Below are positions 14,570 to 27,794 of a DNA stretch of 64,000 nucleotides, in pieces. The notes beneath the pieces are model-generated. The model was not told the DNA's origin, ran no database searches, and saw nothing but the letters and a program-made list of their open reading frames with translations. The DNA lies in NCBI GenBank assembly GCA_951406725.2, contig OX597835.1, positions 11,408,001 to 11,472,000 of the forward strand, given 5' to 3'. Source of the DNA: Octopus vulgaris (Eukaryota). Both the position numbers and the translations under genes were made by a program. Each line of letters begins with the position of its first letter. The stretch's first letter is position 1.

Positions 14570-14740
14570 TTGCAAAATACCTTAGGAATGAGAACCCTGG
14601 TTCGAAATTTCCAAGACAGCTGATGAAGGCTGGATGGTATATCAGCCGAAACGTTGTGTTAACAACAAACAAGATAAGGACAAATATCCGTCAAATGTAA
14701 ATAATGTAAATAATTCGTCATCTCTTAAATATAGAACTGT
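14570..14740 (+). mobile_element. Short hammerhead-bearing element between TA tracts (Penelope-like 3' end)
   Basis: gacag-CTGATGA-a-ggctg..cagcc-GAAA-cg-TT-gtgtt at 14615-14660. Confidence 0.7.
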
Positions 14741-15244
14741 AATATCTATCTATCTATCTATCTATATATATATATATATATATATCTTTAGGAATTTAGA
14801 AATGAACTGTAGACATACAGTATATATATTTTCCTTCTCTCAGATTTGTTTTAAATCCTCCCCCACCTTTTCCTTTGTTTTTCTTTTCTTTTACTTTTTC
14901 CTTCATAAATGCTTTCCTTCACCCTGTCACCTCCCTCACCTTCCCTCTCCCCCACCCCACTAAAAGATATAACCTACCCTCTTCTTGTGTTTGTATTAAT
15001 AAAACCTCAGATATAGAAAAAATTCTTCTAGAAAAAAGATATCCATATTGATTCATGAAATTAATTTTGGGGTTAATTAATCTCGGCATATACTCACAAA
15101 AAAAGAAAAAAAAACTATTTTACTTGAACATGTAAATAGAAAAGATATATTTTTCTACCAACTGATACAAGATAGAATGTTTACTCAATATTTTCCATTA
15201 CAAGTGTTGAATATCAAGTCTTATTTCAAAAGAAGTTTTGTAGA

Positions 15245-15638
15245 TTAGAAAATTACTATTTTTAAATCTCACGAGAGATTCAGCAACAGTACTTTGGAGT
15301 AACAATTATTTGCTAACATAACATGGCAATCCTGGTTTAGGATGAACTTTGCTGTAATTTAGCCCCAGGAGACATCGTCTCCAGCTGGCTATATGACATG
15401 ATCTGTGTCCTTATATTTTTGAACAAGGGAATCTAGCACCCCCACCTAGCTCAAAACAATATCTGTGTATCGCGTTCTGGGTTATTTCCCTTCATCAGCA
15501 CAGAATAATTGTTTGAAAATATAAGGACACAGATCATCTCATATAGCCAGCTGGAGATGATGTCTCCTAGGGATAAATTACAGTAACATTCATCCTAAAC
15601 CAGTACTACCGTGTTATGTTGGCAAAAATCTTTACTGC
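15245..15638 (-). mobile_element. Asymmetric fold-back retroelement with 12-bp TSD and hammerhead-like loop
   Basis: TSD aagttttgtaga at 15233-15244 and 15639-15650; arms about 15300-15426 and 15508-15636; minus-strand hammerhead-like motif at 15463-15503. Confidence 0.82.
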
Positions 15639-15881
15639 AAGTTTTGTAGAGTCTTAATGAATAAAACTAAAGATTTCAGACCAGAGAATAAAATGGATTT
15701 TTAGAAATAAAACTACACAAGGTTTTGTCAAATTGATTATAACTTCACCTGAGGCACTGTCACAATGAATAAAGTTTAATTCAAGTGATTCAAAACTATG
15801 TTATGGCTTCTCCTCATATTCAGGGTGCAGACAGTATTTGTTCATATGATGACCATCTTAGGACAAAAAATATAACTCCAT

Positions 15882-16263
15882 AGGCACAGGAGTGACTGTG
15901 TGCTAAGTATCTTGCTTACCTAACACATGGTTCCGGGTTCAGTCCCACTGCATGGCACCTTGGGCAAGTGTCTTCTACTATAGCCTCAGGCCAAACCAAA
16001 GCCTTGTGAGTGCATTTGGTAGACGGAAACTGAAAGAAGCCCGTTGTATATATATGTGTGTGTGTGTCTGTGTTTGTCCCCCCCACCATCGCTTGACAAC
16101 CGATGCTGGTGTGTTTGTGTCCCCATAACTTAGCAGTTCAGCAAAAGAGACCGATAGAATAAGTACTAGGCTTACAAAGAATAAGTCCTGGGGTCGATTT
16201 GCTTGACTAAGGGCGGTGCTCCAGCATGGCCGCAGTCAAATGACTGAAACAAGTAAAAGAGAG
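15882..16263 (+). mobile_element. SINE family B
   Basis: Full-length match to family B. Confidence 0.87.
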
Positions 16264-16450
16264 TTTTTATGTTTTGAGATATTTTCATCAAATTTGGGGC
16301 AGTTTGTCTTTATGACGTTCTGTTGGTCTTACTTGATAAATTCACCTTTGGCATCAATAACAACCTCCAAGCAACATCAGAACTGGCCACAGGCCTTCGT
16401 TATTATCTTCCATTTTAGACTACTATGCCATATGTCCGTGGGGATATGTA

Positions 16451-16500
<50 letters not shown>

Positions 16501-16514
16501 CATAGGCATATGTG

Positions 16515-16550
<36 letters not shown>

Positions 16551-16565
16551 TATGTATGTATGTAT

Positions 16566-16970
16566 ACTCTTTTACTCGTTTCAGTCATTTGACTGCGGCC
16601 ATGCTGGAGCACCGCCTTTAATCGAGAAAATCGACCCCGGGACTTATTCTTTTGTAAGCCCAGTACTTATTCTATCGGTCTCTTTTGCCGCACCGCTAAG
16701 TAACGGGGACATAAACACACCAGCATCGGTTGTCAAGCAATGCTTGGGGGACAAACACAGACACACAAACACATACACACACATATATATATATATATAC
16801 ATATATACGACAGGCTTCTTTCAGTTTCCGTCTACCAAATCCACTCACAAGGCTTTGGTCGGCCCGAGGCTATAGTAGAAGACACTTGCCCAAGGTGCCA
16901 CGCAGTGGGACTGAACCTGGAACCATGTGGTTGGTAAACAAGCTACTTACCACACAGCCACTCCTGCGCC
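16566..16970 (-). mobile_element. SINE family B
   Basis: Full-length reverse complement; inverted relative to 15882-16263. Confidence 0.88.
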
Positions 16971-17496
16971 TATGTATGTATATATTTGTGTGCATGTGTA
17001 TATATTTATGTATGTATGTGTGTAAAATCTCTCTTGATTCTGTTGAAATGTGTGTAGGCCCAGAAAAGGATGTTGTAAACAACTTAAAATTATGGGCATG
17101 AAAAGTTTCCATTCTCCTTATCAATATTATTAATATTACTTACTCTATGGAAATGTAAGTGTGTGTGTGTGTGTGTATTCATGTGACCAATGATCAGCCA
17201 GACTATTGGAGGTTGTTACACATGTGCATTGCATCATTTTTAGCTTTCAAATGATGCTACCTCATTGGCCAGGCAAGGAGGTCAACATCCCCACCCATGC
17301 CTAATTAGAAGGCCGTTCCATCACAGGGTTATCCGTTTACAGCTGAATGGACTGGGGCAACATAAAATGAAGTGTTTTGCTCAAGAACACAATGTGTTGC
17401 TCGGTCTGATGATTGAACCCACGATCACTAGATCATGAGTGCAATGCCCTAACCATTAGGCCAAGTGATTTCACATATATATGTGTGTGTTCGTTT

Positions 17497-18283
17497 ATAC
17501 TTGTTTCAGTCATTTGACTGCAGCCATGCTGGAGCACCTCATTTTGTCTATATGTGCATTTATGCATGCACACACACATTCTTTATAAGCCTAGTACTTA
17601 TTCTATTGGTCCTTTTGGCAAACTGCTAAGTTACAGGGATGTAAACACACCAACATCGGTTGTCAAGTGACAGACACAGAGACACAAGCACACACGCACA
17701 CACACATACAATGGGCTCCTTTCAGTTTCTGTCTACCAAATCCACCCACAAGGCTTTGGTCATTCCGAGGCTATAGTAGAAGACACTTGCCCAAGGTGCT
17801 ACTCAGTGGAACTGAACCCAGAACCATGTGGTTGGTAAGCAAGCTACTTACCACACAATCACTCCTGCACTTATATGTATGTATGCAAATATATTATACT
17901 CTTTACTCTTTTACTCTTTTACTTGTTTCAGTCATTTAACTGTGGCCATGCTGGAGCACCGCCTTTAATCGAGCAGATCGACCCCAGGACTTATTCTTTT
18001 GTAAGCCCAGTACTTATTCTATCGGTCTCTTTTGCCGAACCGCTAAGTAACGGGGACATAAACACACCAGCATCGGTTGTCAAGCAATGCTAGGGACACA
18101 CACACAAATACACACACGCATATATATATATATATATACATATATACGACGGGCTTCTTTCAGTTTCCGTCTACCAAATCCACTCACAAGGCTTTGGTCG
18201 GCCCGGGGCTATAGCAGAAGACACTTGCCCAAGGTGCCATGCAGTGGGACTGAACCCAGAACCATGTGGTTGGTAAACAAGCT
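17497..18283 (-). mobile_element. Two consecutive SINE family B copies
   Basis: 17497-17870 (decayed) and 17897-18283. Confidence 0.85.
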
Positions 18284-19185
18284 ATGCATATATAATGTCT
18301 ATATGACAGATAAAATATTTTGTATTTCTATGTGTGTCTGTGTGTGCATATATGCATGCATACTCTCACACACACGCACATATATCTAAGTTTATCTGTG
18401 TGTGTGTGTGTGTATCTACATCTATGAAGATCAATGTATGTGTGTGTGTTTGCGATGAAATATCTTTAGTTTCCAATTAAGTGTCTCTACTTTGATTGAA
18501 GTTTTCTCTTTGAAGCAGGCTGTAAATTCAAAACTGTATTTAACAAATTAATTTATTAAATATAATGAAACAAATACTTGATAAATTATATATATATATA
18601 TATATATAAAAAAAAAAAAGCTATTGGTTTCTTCTATTGACTTTTCATGGTCCCCAATTTTTCCTTATTTTTCTAGTTTTATTATTGGAAATATTGTGCT
18701 GATTTTAAAGACACTTATTTTATTATTTAAACTACATTATTACAATTTTTATTTACAATATTACTCCCAAATTTAATAAGCCATGTTCGCAAACCTTGGG
18801 AAATCATCATTTGTGTTTTTGAAGCTGAAAGTAATTTAGAAAATGGAATCTCTATTTAACTTGTAAATCATTGTAAAGATTAGATTATTTTCATGTCACA
18901 TTTTCATGGTGCCTTTGTACACTGACTTTTATTCAGCCCAGCAGGATTTTTGCACTATCAGTGAATGTATTATTCAGTGTTTGCTGTCTGTGTCACTGGG
19001 GATAAATTTATCTCAGCATGTTGTGAATGAGTTATTGCCATTGACAAGGCACAAAGTACCAAACGTATTTGATGCTCTTGTGAATCATTACTGAGTTTAT
19101 CTTCACCTCATTCCAATATACATTGTGTTTTTAACATACGATACAAAGAAACAATCCTGCAGATAAAAGCCACAGCATGAGGCTT

Positions 19186-19417
19186 AGTAACTTTTAAGCA
19201 TTCAGTTTACTCTATCAAATGTAATGCTTATTTATTCACCTTGTTCTGAATTAATCATGCATTATTATTACTTGGTTGCTTCAAAATTCAGATGATGTGA
19301 TTGTTTATTTTTAGAATAACATTGTAAAGTAGACGTAGGAGGCCAAATCTGACTGATTTGAACATAAAACATTGAATATTTGAATTAGATATGATTCGTT
19401 TAAATGCCAAAGGGTTA
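19186..19417 (+). mobile_element. piggyBac-like MITE, decayed
   Basis: Ends in aatgccaaagggtta; the interior is shared (inverted) with 19610-20246 and 27795-28427. Confidence 0.6.
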
Positions 19418-19609
19418 CTGATGTACATATTTTAAGTATGGTACATAGATGACTTTGTTAAAAGGTCAGTTCTTGGTCTCGAGCAATTTAGATAAATGTA
19501 TTAGTCCAACCCATGCCAGCATGGTAACTGAACACTGAATGATGATGTATTTATGTAGTGAGAGTTATGAGAACGAACTAATGTATCTGACAACCTTTTA
19601 GACCACAAT

Positions 19610-20246
19610 TTTTAACATTTAGACTGACCACACCTGGCCGAAATATTCTGTTTTATGCTAAAACTGGCCACACCTACCTTACAATGTCATTCTAAAAATA
19701 TATTTCTTTACTACCCACAATGGGCTAAACACAGAGAGGACAAACAAGGACAGACAAACATATTAAGTCGATTATATCGACCCCAGTGTGTAACTGGTAC
19801 TTAATTTATCGACCCTGAAAGGATGAAAGGCAAAGTCTACTTCGGCGGAATTTGAACTCAGAACATAGCGGCAGACGAAATACCTATTTCTTTACTACCC
19901 ACAAGGGGCTAAACACAGAGAGGACAAACAAGGACAGACAAACAGATTAAGTCGATTATATCGACCCTAGTGTGTAACTGGTACTTAATTTATCGACCCC
20001 GAAAGGATGAAAGGCAAAGTCGACCTTGGCAGAATTTGAACTCAGAACGTAACGGCAGACGAAATACCGCAAAGCATTTTGCCCAGAGTGCTAATGTTTC
20101 TGCCAGCTCACCGCCTTTTGTCATTCTAAAAATAAGCGATCACATCATTGAAATCTCAAAGCAACGACATAATGCATGATTAATACAAAACGCTAAATGA
20201 ATAAGAATTGCATTTGACAGAAAAAATCTGAATACTGAAGGGTTAA
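19610..20246 (-). mobile_element. piggyBac-like MITE interrupted by a SINE C dimer (19701-20118)
   Basis: agggttaa end at 20246; the SINE dimer is flanked by the 16-bp TSD tgtcattctaaaaata (19685-19700 and 20119-20134). Confidence 0.75.
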
Positions 20247-22458
20247 TAGAGGTTCCCTGGTCAATACTTGTAACAAAATCTTTTGAAATTACCAGAAAAT
20301 AACAATGCTATAACATTTTAACATTTTCAATAATATAAATCAATGATTTGCGTATGAGAGTTTATTTCAGTGTTACTCAATATATTGTTTTCCTATTTAT
20401 TATCATGTTTAAAGGATTTCTTTAAATTTTCAAGCTTCTCTAGATATTGTAAGTTTTGTCAAATTAAGACAACTTCTGTGGACAGTGATTCTGGCATTTA
20501 AATACTTAAATGTAAAAATTTAACTTGTGTAATATTTGGAACTTGATGGCTTGCAAGAGATCTAGATATGGGAATAGATGTAAAATAAAAAGTGACAGAG
20601 CAAGCTTACTGTTGGACGAAAAGTAATTGATGGAAGCAGATGTGGAGAGAGAGAGAGAGAGAGAAAAACAGAGATAAAAGAAAGAAAATGAGAGACAAAG
20701 AAAAAGGATAATGGAAAATAGAGAAAATAATAAAGAAATATAAAAACAAGAGAATGACAAAAATAAAAACAGATAATGAGCAAACAGTAAAAATAAGATG
20801 TGGAAGATGGAACAAGATGCAAGAGTTAGGTTGTGTAGTAGTGAGTCTTCTCAAATTAAGATGCTGTAATTTCATTACTATCTACAGATTATTCTTTGGC
20901 TGAGTTCACTAGTAACTTTGTGAATATCCCAACATTAAGTAGAACGGACATCATTGTTATTTTAGTAACATTCTAGCTGTCTTATTAATTCTGTTGCATT
21001 AAATCATCAATGATGATGATGTTTACGAGACGGCTACAACTAACTTTTATGTTAGGTTTGTTGAAACACTTGTAGTTGTCTAACTCTGGTCAAGCAAACA
21101 TATAATCAGACATTTTTTCTATGACCATCCAACACATCCTTTGTTTGTTTGTTTGTTTGTTTTTCTTTTTTTTATGAGCATGATTCAAGGAAGGTTTTGG
21201 CTGTTATTTTTAGCAGAAAATTATAAGAATGACTAGAATGAACTGAGAACAGATTTTATTGAAACAAATGACACAATGCCATCATTTTGGAAAAATGACT
21301 GTAGAGTTTTTTTGTGTGTGTGTATAATATAAATCTCAAAATACATGGAGTGCTTTATTTTTCTGAATCTATCAGCAGTACCACACACCATATATATACA
21401 TTGTTCAAATTTACAGAAAACAAAAGATGAAGACAGGTGTAGGAACACCAAACAGGTGTATTAGTTTAATTTGTGGAGATTATATATGATGTAACAGCCA
21501 CTTTTTCATGCTTGCTTAGGTTAGAGGGAATTTGTTAAGACAAATTTTCAACAGCCAGAAGCTGTTGCTATTCCATATAAGGAAATATTTCCTTATATGG
21601 ATATATAAGTGGTCAAATAGGTTTTTATAGAAACAAATGACATCACTTGTCTGATGGTACTGCACATGTACAAACATCACACTGTCAGGACAAGGGTACA
21701 CATACCCCCCACTCCACGCATATACAAAAGGCTTCTTTCAGTTTCCATATGCCAAATCCCATTCATAAGGTTTTGATCAGTCCAGGACTGCAGTAGAAGA
21801 CATATGCCCAAGGTGCTGTACAGGGAACTGAACCTGAGACCTCACTTCTCTACACCTATATCATATATGTATCATCATCAGTTAACATCCACCTTCCATG
21901 CTGGCATGGGTATATATATAGTGTACACACACACATGCAATATATATGACATTCCATCCTGCTTGTTAATTACCATGTACAAATAAATTATGTATATGTA
22001 GCAATGGCCAAATGGCTAGGGGCTGCATTTTGCAACCATGAGATCCTAGGTTCAATCCCACTGCATGGCACCTTAGGTAGATGTCATTTTCTTTAGCCTC
22101 AGCTCAACCCATAACTTGCATGTGATATTGGATAGAAGGAAACTGTAGAGAACCCTGGCAGGTGTTAAATTTACCTGTAATTCGAAAGGTACAACCTGAG
22201 AATTATGTTAAAGATTTCATGTACCTGTGGTATACACAGCCAGTTACATGTTATTTCAGGAGCAGCACAGATGATTGCATAACTGAATCCCCATTGTTGA
22301 ATGATAGAGATCACCCACCATGACCATCACCACTGTGATATACACAACATGAGAGAGAAAAGAAAGGGATAAATAAATATGCATGGCACCCACATACTCA
22401 AATATACAGACTTTGATCGAAATTGACGAATTATGAGAGGAAACAAAAAATTAAATGT

Positions 22459-22803
22459 TCTGGGTTCAGTCCCACTGCGTGGCATCTTGGGCAAGTGTCT
22501 TCTGCTATATCCTCAGGCCGACCAATGCCTTGTGAGTGGATTTGGTAGACGGAAACTGAAAGAAGCCTGTCGTATATATGTATATATATATATGTATGTG
22601 TCTGTGTTTGTCCCCCTAGCATTGCTTGACAACCGATGCTGGTGTGTTTATGTCCCCGTTACTTAGCGGTTCGGCAAAAAAGACTGATAGAATAAGTACT
22701 GGGCTTACAAAGAATAAGTCCCGGGGTTGATTTGCTCGACTAAAGGCGGTGCTCCAGCATGGCCGCAGTCAAATGACTGAAACAAGTAAAAGAGTAAAAG
22801 AGT
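22459..22803 (+). mobile_element. SINE family B, 5'-truncated
   Basis: Family B body and gtaaaagag tail. Confidence 0.87.
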
Positions 22804-23125
22804 ATTAAAATGGTTGAAACTGAAGAAAAATATGTAGAGTTAAAAAGTTTGGAGTTTTTTGTAAAATAAATCAATAAGAATAAGGAAGGGAAAAAATTTG
22901 GATTTCGGAAAGTTATTTTGATTGGTTCCGATTAGACACGTCTATGAGACTTTGTCATTTTCCACGAGTTGCCGGAATTAAGTTATAGCAGCATGGTTTA
23001 TAACAGCACCAGTAGAATGACACAAAAACACCAATGATTGATACAATTATAGAAATGATACTAAAAATAGGAGCCAGTGAGAAGGCTTTTAGATGGTTAT
23101 TCTGCTTCCTAGAAATAACAGCTAA

Positions 23126-23520
23126 TCATCATCATCATCATTATCCTCGTTTCATGTCTGTTTTTCCATGCTAGCATGGGTTGGATGGTTCAACTGGGGT
23201 CTGGGAAGCCAGGAGGATGCACCAGGATCCAGTCTGATCTGGCAGTGTTTCTACAGCTGGATGCCCTTCCTAACGCCAACCACTCCATGAGTGTAGTAGT
23301 TGCTTTTACGTGCCACCGGCACAGGTGCCAGACGAGGCTGGCAAACGGCCACGATGGGATGGTGCTTTTTACATGCCACCGGCACAGGGGCCAGAGGAGG
23401 CTGGCAAACTGCCACAATCAGTTGGTGCTTTTACGTGTCACCAACACAGACGCCAGTCAGGTGGCGCAGGCATCAGCCACATTCAGACAGTGCTTTTTTA
23501 CGTGTCACCTGGAGCACACA
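23126..23520 (-). mobile_element. Retroposon family D (RTE-like 3' end, (GAT)n tail)
   Basis: Reverse complement of ...ggaagggcatccagctg...ccaacccatgctagcatggaaaa..(gat)n, with internal subrepeats. Confidence 0.75.
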
Positions 23521-23907
23521 CTGCAAGGTATCCAGTCTATGATGTTCTTCCTGCTCCACCGATTTACCACATTGTGGAGGCACATGGCCTAGTGGTTAGG
23601 GTGTTGGATTCATGATTGTAGGATTATGGTTTCAATTCCTGGACTGGGCGACACGTTGTGCTTTTGAGCAAAACACTTCACTTAACATTGCTCCAGTCCG
23701 CTCAACTGGCAAAAGTGAGTAATTCTGTGAGGGACCGGCATTCTGTCCAGGTGGGGAGTATATACACCATGGAAAAAACCAGGAAACTGGTCCTTATCAA
23801 TCCTTACAACTCAAGAAGGAAGCTTTACCTTCACTACTTCACCACACTGGATTATTAATTATCTTTTTAAATTGCTGAAAGGATGGAAGGTAAAGATGAC
23901 CTTAGAG

Positions 23908-24284
23908 CAGTGCTGGATTAACCATTAAGCAAATAAGCATATGCTTAGGACATGAAGGGAGGTAGGGCACCACAAAAATGGTAAATGGTCTACGGCACAA
24001 AAGAAATCACTGTAAACTTGTTGAAATAATATTCAAAGTGGCTGATATGATCGGAAATATAATTTCAAAGTGTCATAGAGAGGATCTGATTAAAGACTTT
24101 GCAATTAAAAAAAAAAAAAGTAGAAAACGTGGCTGTGTGGTAAGTAGCTTGCTTACCAACCACATGGTTCCGGGTTCAGTCCCACTGCGTGGCACCTTGG
24201 GTAAGTGTCTTCTACTATAGCCTCCGGCCGACCAAAGCCTTGTGAGTGGATTTGGTAGACAGAAACTGAAAGAAGCCTGTCGTA

Positions 24285-24329
<45 letters not shown>

Positions 24330-25136
24330 ATGTGTTTGTGTGTCTGTGTTTGTCCCCCTAGCATTGCTTGACAACCGATGCTGGTGTGTTTATGTCCCCG
24401 TTACTTAGCGGTTCGGCAAAAGAGACCGATAAAATAAGCACTGGGCTTACAAAAGAATAAGTCCCGGGGTCGAATTGCTCGATTAAAGGCGGTGCTTCAG
24501 CATGGCCGCAGTAAAATGACTGAAACAAGTAAAAGAGAGAGAGTAAGAGTATAAATAAAGTGAAAATATACAGAAATAAATATTATTTTCCATCTTACTG
24601 TTAGTTTTGTTCCATTTTGAAAAATTAAAATTTATTTTCTGGTTTATCATTGTTTATATTTTGAATGACGTGTATACGCACACACACACACACACACACA
24701 TATATTTTTTTTTCTCTCTTTGTTTCTCTCCTTGTTTTTTTTCTGTGTATCTTTCTGTCAAAGAGCGTAGGCTCGAAACGTAAAAGACTTGTTCTATTTC
24801 TATTCCTGAGCGCCATACTAATACAATTGTTTGTTTGTACTCCACCTGCCTTCATCTTTTGTTTATTTTGTAAACCTTCCTGTTCATCATCATCATCATC
24901 GTCGTTTAACGTCCGTTCTCCATGCTAGCATGGGTTGGACGGTTCGACCGGGGTTCTGGGAAGCCAGAAGGCTGCACCAGGCTCCAGTCTAATCTGGCAA
25001 TGTTTCTACAGCTGGATGCCCTTCCTAACGCCAACCACTCCGTGAGTGTAGTATTTTTCTGTTATATATATATATATATAGGGGCACCGAAATTTTTTAA
25101 GTGCTTGGGGCCTCTGTGAGTTTTAACCTCACTCTG
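23908..25136. mobile_element. Decayed hAT-like MITE carrying nested insertions
   Basis: cagtgctggattaa...ttaacctcactctg; imperfect 8-bp TSD ccttagag/cctcagaa; it splits a SINE C remnant. Confidence 0.5.
24129..24549 (+). mobile_element. SINE family B
   Basis: Near full-length family B. Confidence 0.88.
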
Positions 25137-25565
25137 CCTCAGAAGGATTTGAACTTGGAGCACACAGTGTTAAAACAAATATAAAACATTCTGCGGTGAC
25201 AGTCCAACAGCCCTACCAATTCCTCACCTAAACCGAACGCTCCATTGTTGATAACAATCAAGATCCATTTACAGACACTTCTGCAGACTCCGTATCGATA
25301 TTTACACTCAGAGATGCCAGTAACATTGCACTTTATGTACTCTTGTTTATTTCTTTAGTTTTGAAATCATAGACTAATTCTGCAATTCTAAGCAATGACC
25401 TGATGTCAACAGATTCATATATGTTTCCGATTCCTGCCTTATTTTACCTGTTATTAAATCATGACTAAAATTGACACCTGTCACTGATAATGGCCTTGAA
25501 ACTTCATACCTTTGGAAATTAATCTGAAATAAACAGAAATCAATTTTGTTTTCAATTCATTTCAG

Positions 25566-25656
25566 AATCACTAAAAGCAGTCTGCCATTGTTTTTTGGCA
25601 TCTCAGAATATTGTTCGTCATAATTTCGAGGTGGTTGAGAAGCAGAAACTCGAGCG
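25566..25656 (+). CDS. INPP5F: Penultimate coding exon of SAC2
   Basis: tttcag| acceptor and gagcg|gtaagc donor; 91 nt, phase 1 to phase 2. It joins both neighbours in frame: (E)SLKAVCHCFLASQNIVRHNFEVVEKQKLE(R), compared with vertebrate DTLQCIAEML...IIEKKLER. Confidence 0.9.
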
Positions 25657-26002
25657 GTAAGCCAACACTTCTCTATAAACACTTTTGTTTTTTTCTTGTC
25701 AAGTGTGAAAATCTGATATTACTTCCTGTTCACCTTTCCACCTTTTTTTTTTTTCTGGTTTTGCCTCTATTTTTTTTTCCCTCCAGGTTTATTTATCATT
25801 GAGATTTTTTTCCTTCCTACATGTCATTTTTCAACTGAAAGTTTAGTATTACAGTACTGTATGCCAGTGAAACAATCAATTCCATTGTGAAACACACCTC
25901 AGTTAGCATTACCTGTCTCTGAGCAATTTCTAACTTAAAAGTAAGCCAGGTGTTGCATAAACGTTTTGTGTCCTGGTGGATGTTTTGGTCCACTTCCTAA
26001 AA

Positions 26003-26397
26003 TCTTTACATATAAAAGTAAGGTTGTGTGCTGTCTGTCTCCTACGATTTAGATTCCTAACTACTCCCACATTTTGCAGTGCAGTTTAACCAAAACCGGG
26101 TATCTTATAGTCGTGATTCATATCGAGCCCTTCTGGGTATTAGCGCACGTCTACGATGAGTCTACGATTAAAAAAAAAATTTACCATCAATTTTTCCCAT
26201 TTTTAATGCATTTTTGGCATATATAAGGGAATAACTCTCTAAAAATTTATTATTAAATCTCAGAACGTAAAAAGCTACAGTAACACCCCCCCTTTGTGGT
26301 TAGCCATATTGAGATGGTTATTATACTTTACATCTCTAAAAATGCTTATATAGTTATTTCCCTTACAAACCCGAGCAACGCTGGGCGATACTGCTAG
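26003..26397 (+). mobile_element. Non-autonomous Helitron
   Basis: Exact A|TC...CTAG|T boundaries, subterminal hairpin, no TSD. Confidence 0.87.
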
Positions 26398-26445
26398 TTT
26401 CTGATTAAACCCAATGAAACAAGAGTATTTTAAAATGGTTACAGA

Positions 26446-26616
26446 GGCGCAGGAGTGGCTGTGTGGTAAGTAGCTTGCTAACCAACCACATAGTTCCGGG
26501 TTCAGTCCCACTGCGTGGCACCTTGGGCAAGTGTCTTCTACTATAGCCTCGGGCCGACCAATGGTTTGTGAGTGGATTTGGTAGACGGAAACTGAAAGAA
26601 GCCTGTCGTATATATG

Positions 26617-26647
<31 letters not shown>

Positions 26648-26863
26648 ATGTTTGTGTGTCTGTGTTTGTCCCTCTAGCATTGCTTGACAACTGATGCTGG
26701 TGTGTTTATGTCCCCGTCACTTAGCGGTTCGGCAAAAGAGACCGATAGAATAAGTACTGGGCTTACAAAAGAATAAGTCCCGGGGTCGATTTGCTCGACT
26801 AAAGGTGGAGCTCCAGCATGGCCGCAGTCAAATGACTGAAACAAGTAAAAGAGTAAAAGAGTA
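26446..26863 (+). mobile_element. SINE family B
   Basis: Full-length family B. Confidence 0.88.
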
Positions 26864-27794
26864 AATGAATTCTTGTATATATTTGGGGTTAATTTGCTTT
26901 AAGAGCTGTGTTTGTCTTCTCACCACGTCAACCATGATGCGAGACATTAACGATGCTGGCAGAATGAAGTAATTAGTGGAATGTGATGATTAATTTATTA
27001 CACTGCTTCGGTATTGTGTTATTTTCATCTTTGTTCTCACCAGGCGTGATTGGGTTGTAAGAGGTTTACTTCCCAACCTCATGATCCTGGGTTCAGTCCC
27101 ATGGTGTGACACTTCTGGTCGACCAAAGCTTTGGTGAGTGGATTTGAAAAATGGAAACTGAAAGAAGCCTGTCGTTATAATAATACATATATACGTGGGA
27201 TGTGTATGTGTGTGTGTGTGTGTTTGTTTCTGTGTTTGTTCCCCACCACCACTTGATGACTGTTGTTGGTTTGTTTACATCCTGTAACTTAGCAATTCAG
27301 CAAGATAGAGAGAGAGAGAGAGAATATAAGTACCAGGCATGAAAAATAATAATTGCTGGGATTGATCAACTAATATTCTTCAAAGCAGTGCACCAGCATG
27401 GCCACAGTCTAACTGAAACAAGTAAAAGATATCATCACTATTGTCAACATCATCATCATCACCATCTTAGTTATCGGCATCACTGGTCACCATAGTTATC
27501 AAATGTTGCTATCATAGTTACCATAGTTACCAACTTTGTCATCAGTTGTCATTGCTACCATCACAATTGTCATCATCATCTCACTAAGATAAAAAAAAAC
27601 AAAAAAACGCCTCACTAACTGAATCAAGCTAGGGTTTGAGGTCAGTGTTTGCACTAAGCTTACTAAATCTAGCCTCAGGCTGACCAAAGCCATTTGAATG
27701 AATTTGGTCGGCAGAAGTTCCCTCATGTGGGTACGTGTGAAAGTGCTTGAACCTCCTTTGATAGACAAGGAAAAAAAATCCATTTGTTTACACT

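Noticed and set aside
16216-16875. Recurrent ORFs such as HAGAPPL / RHLPKVP / DTCPRCHAVG
   Set aside because: Incidental frames of the non-coding SINE B.
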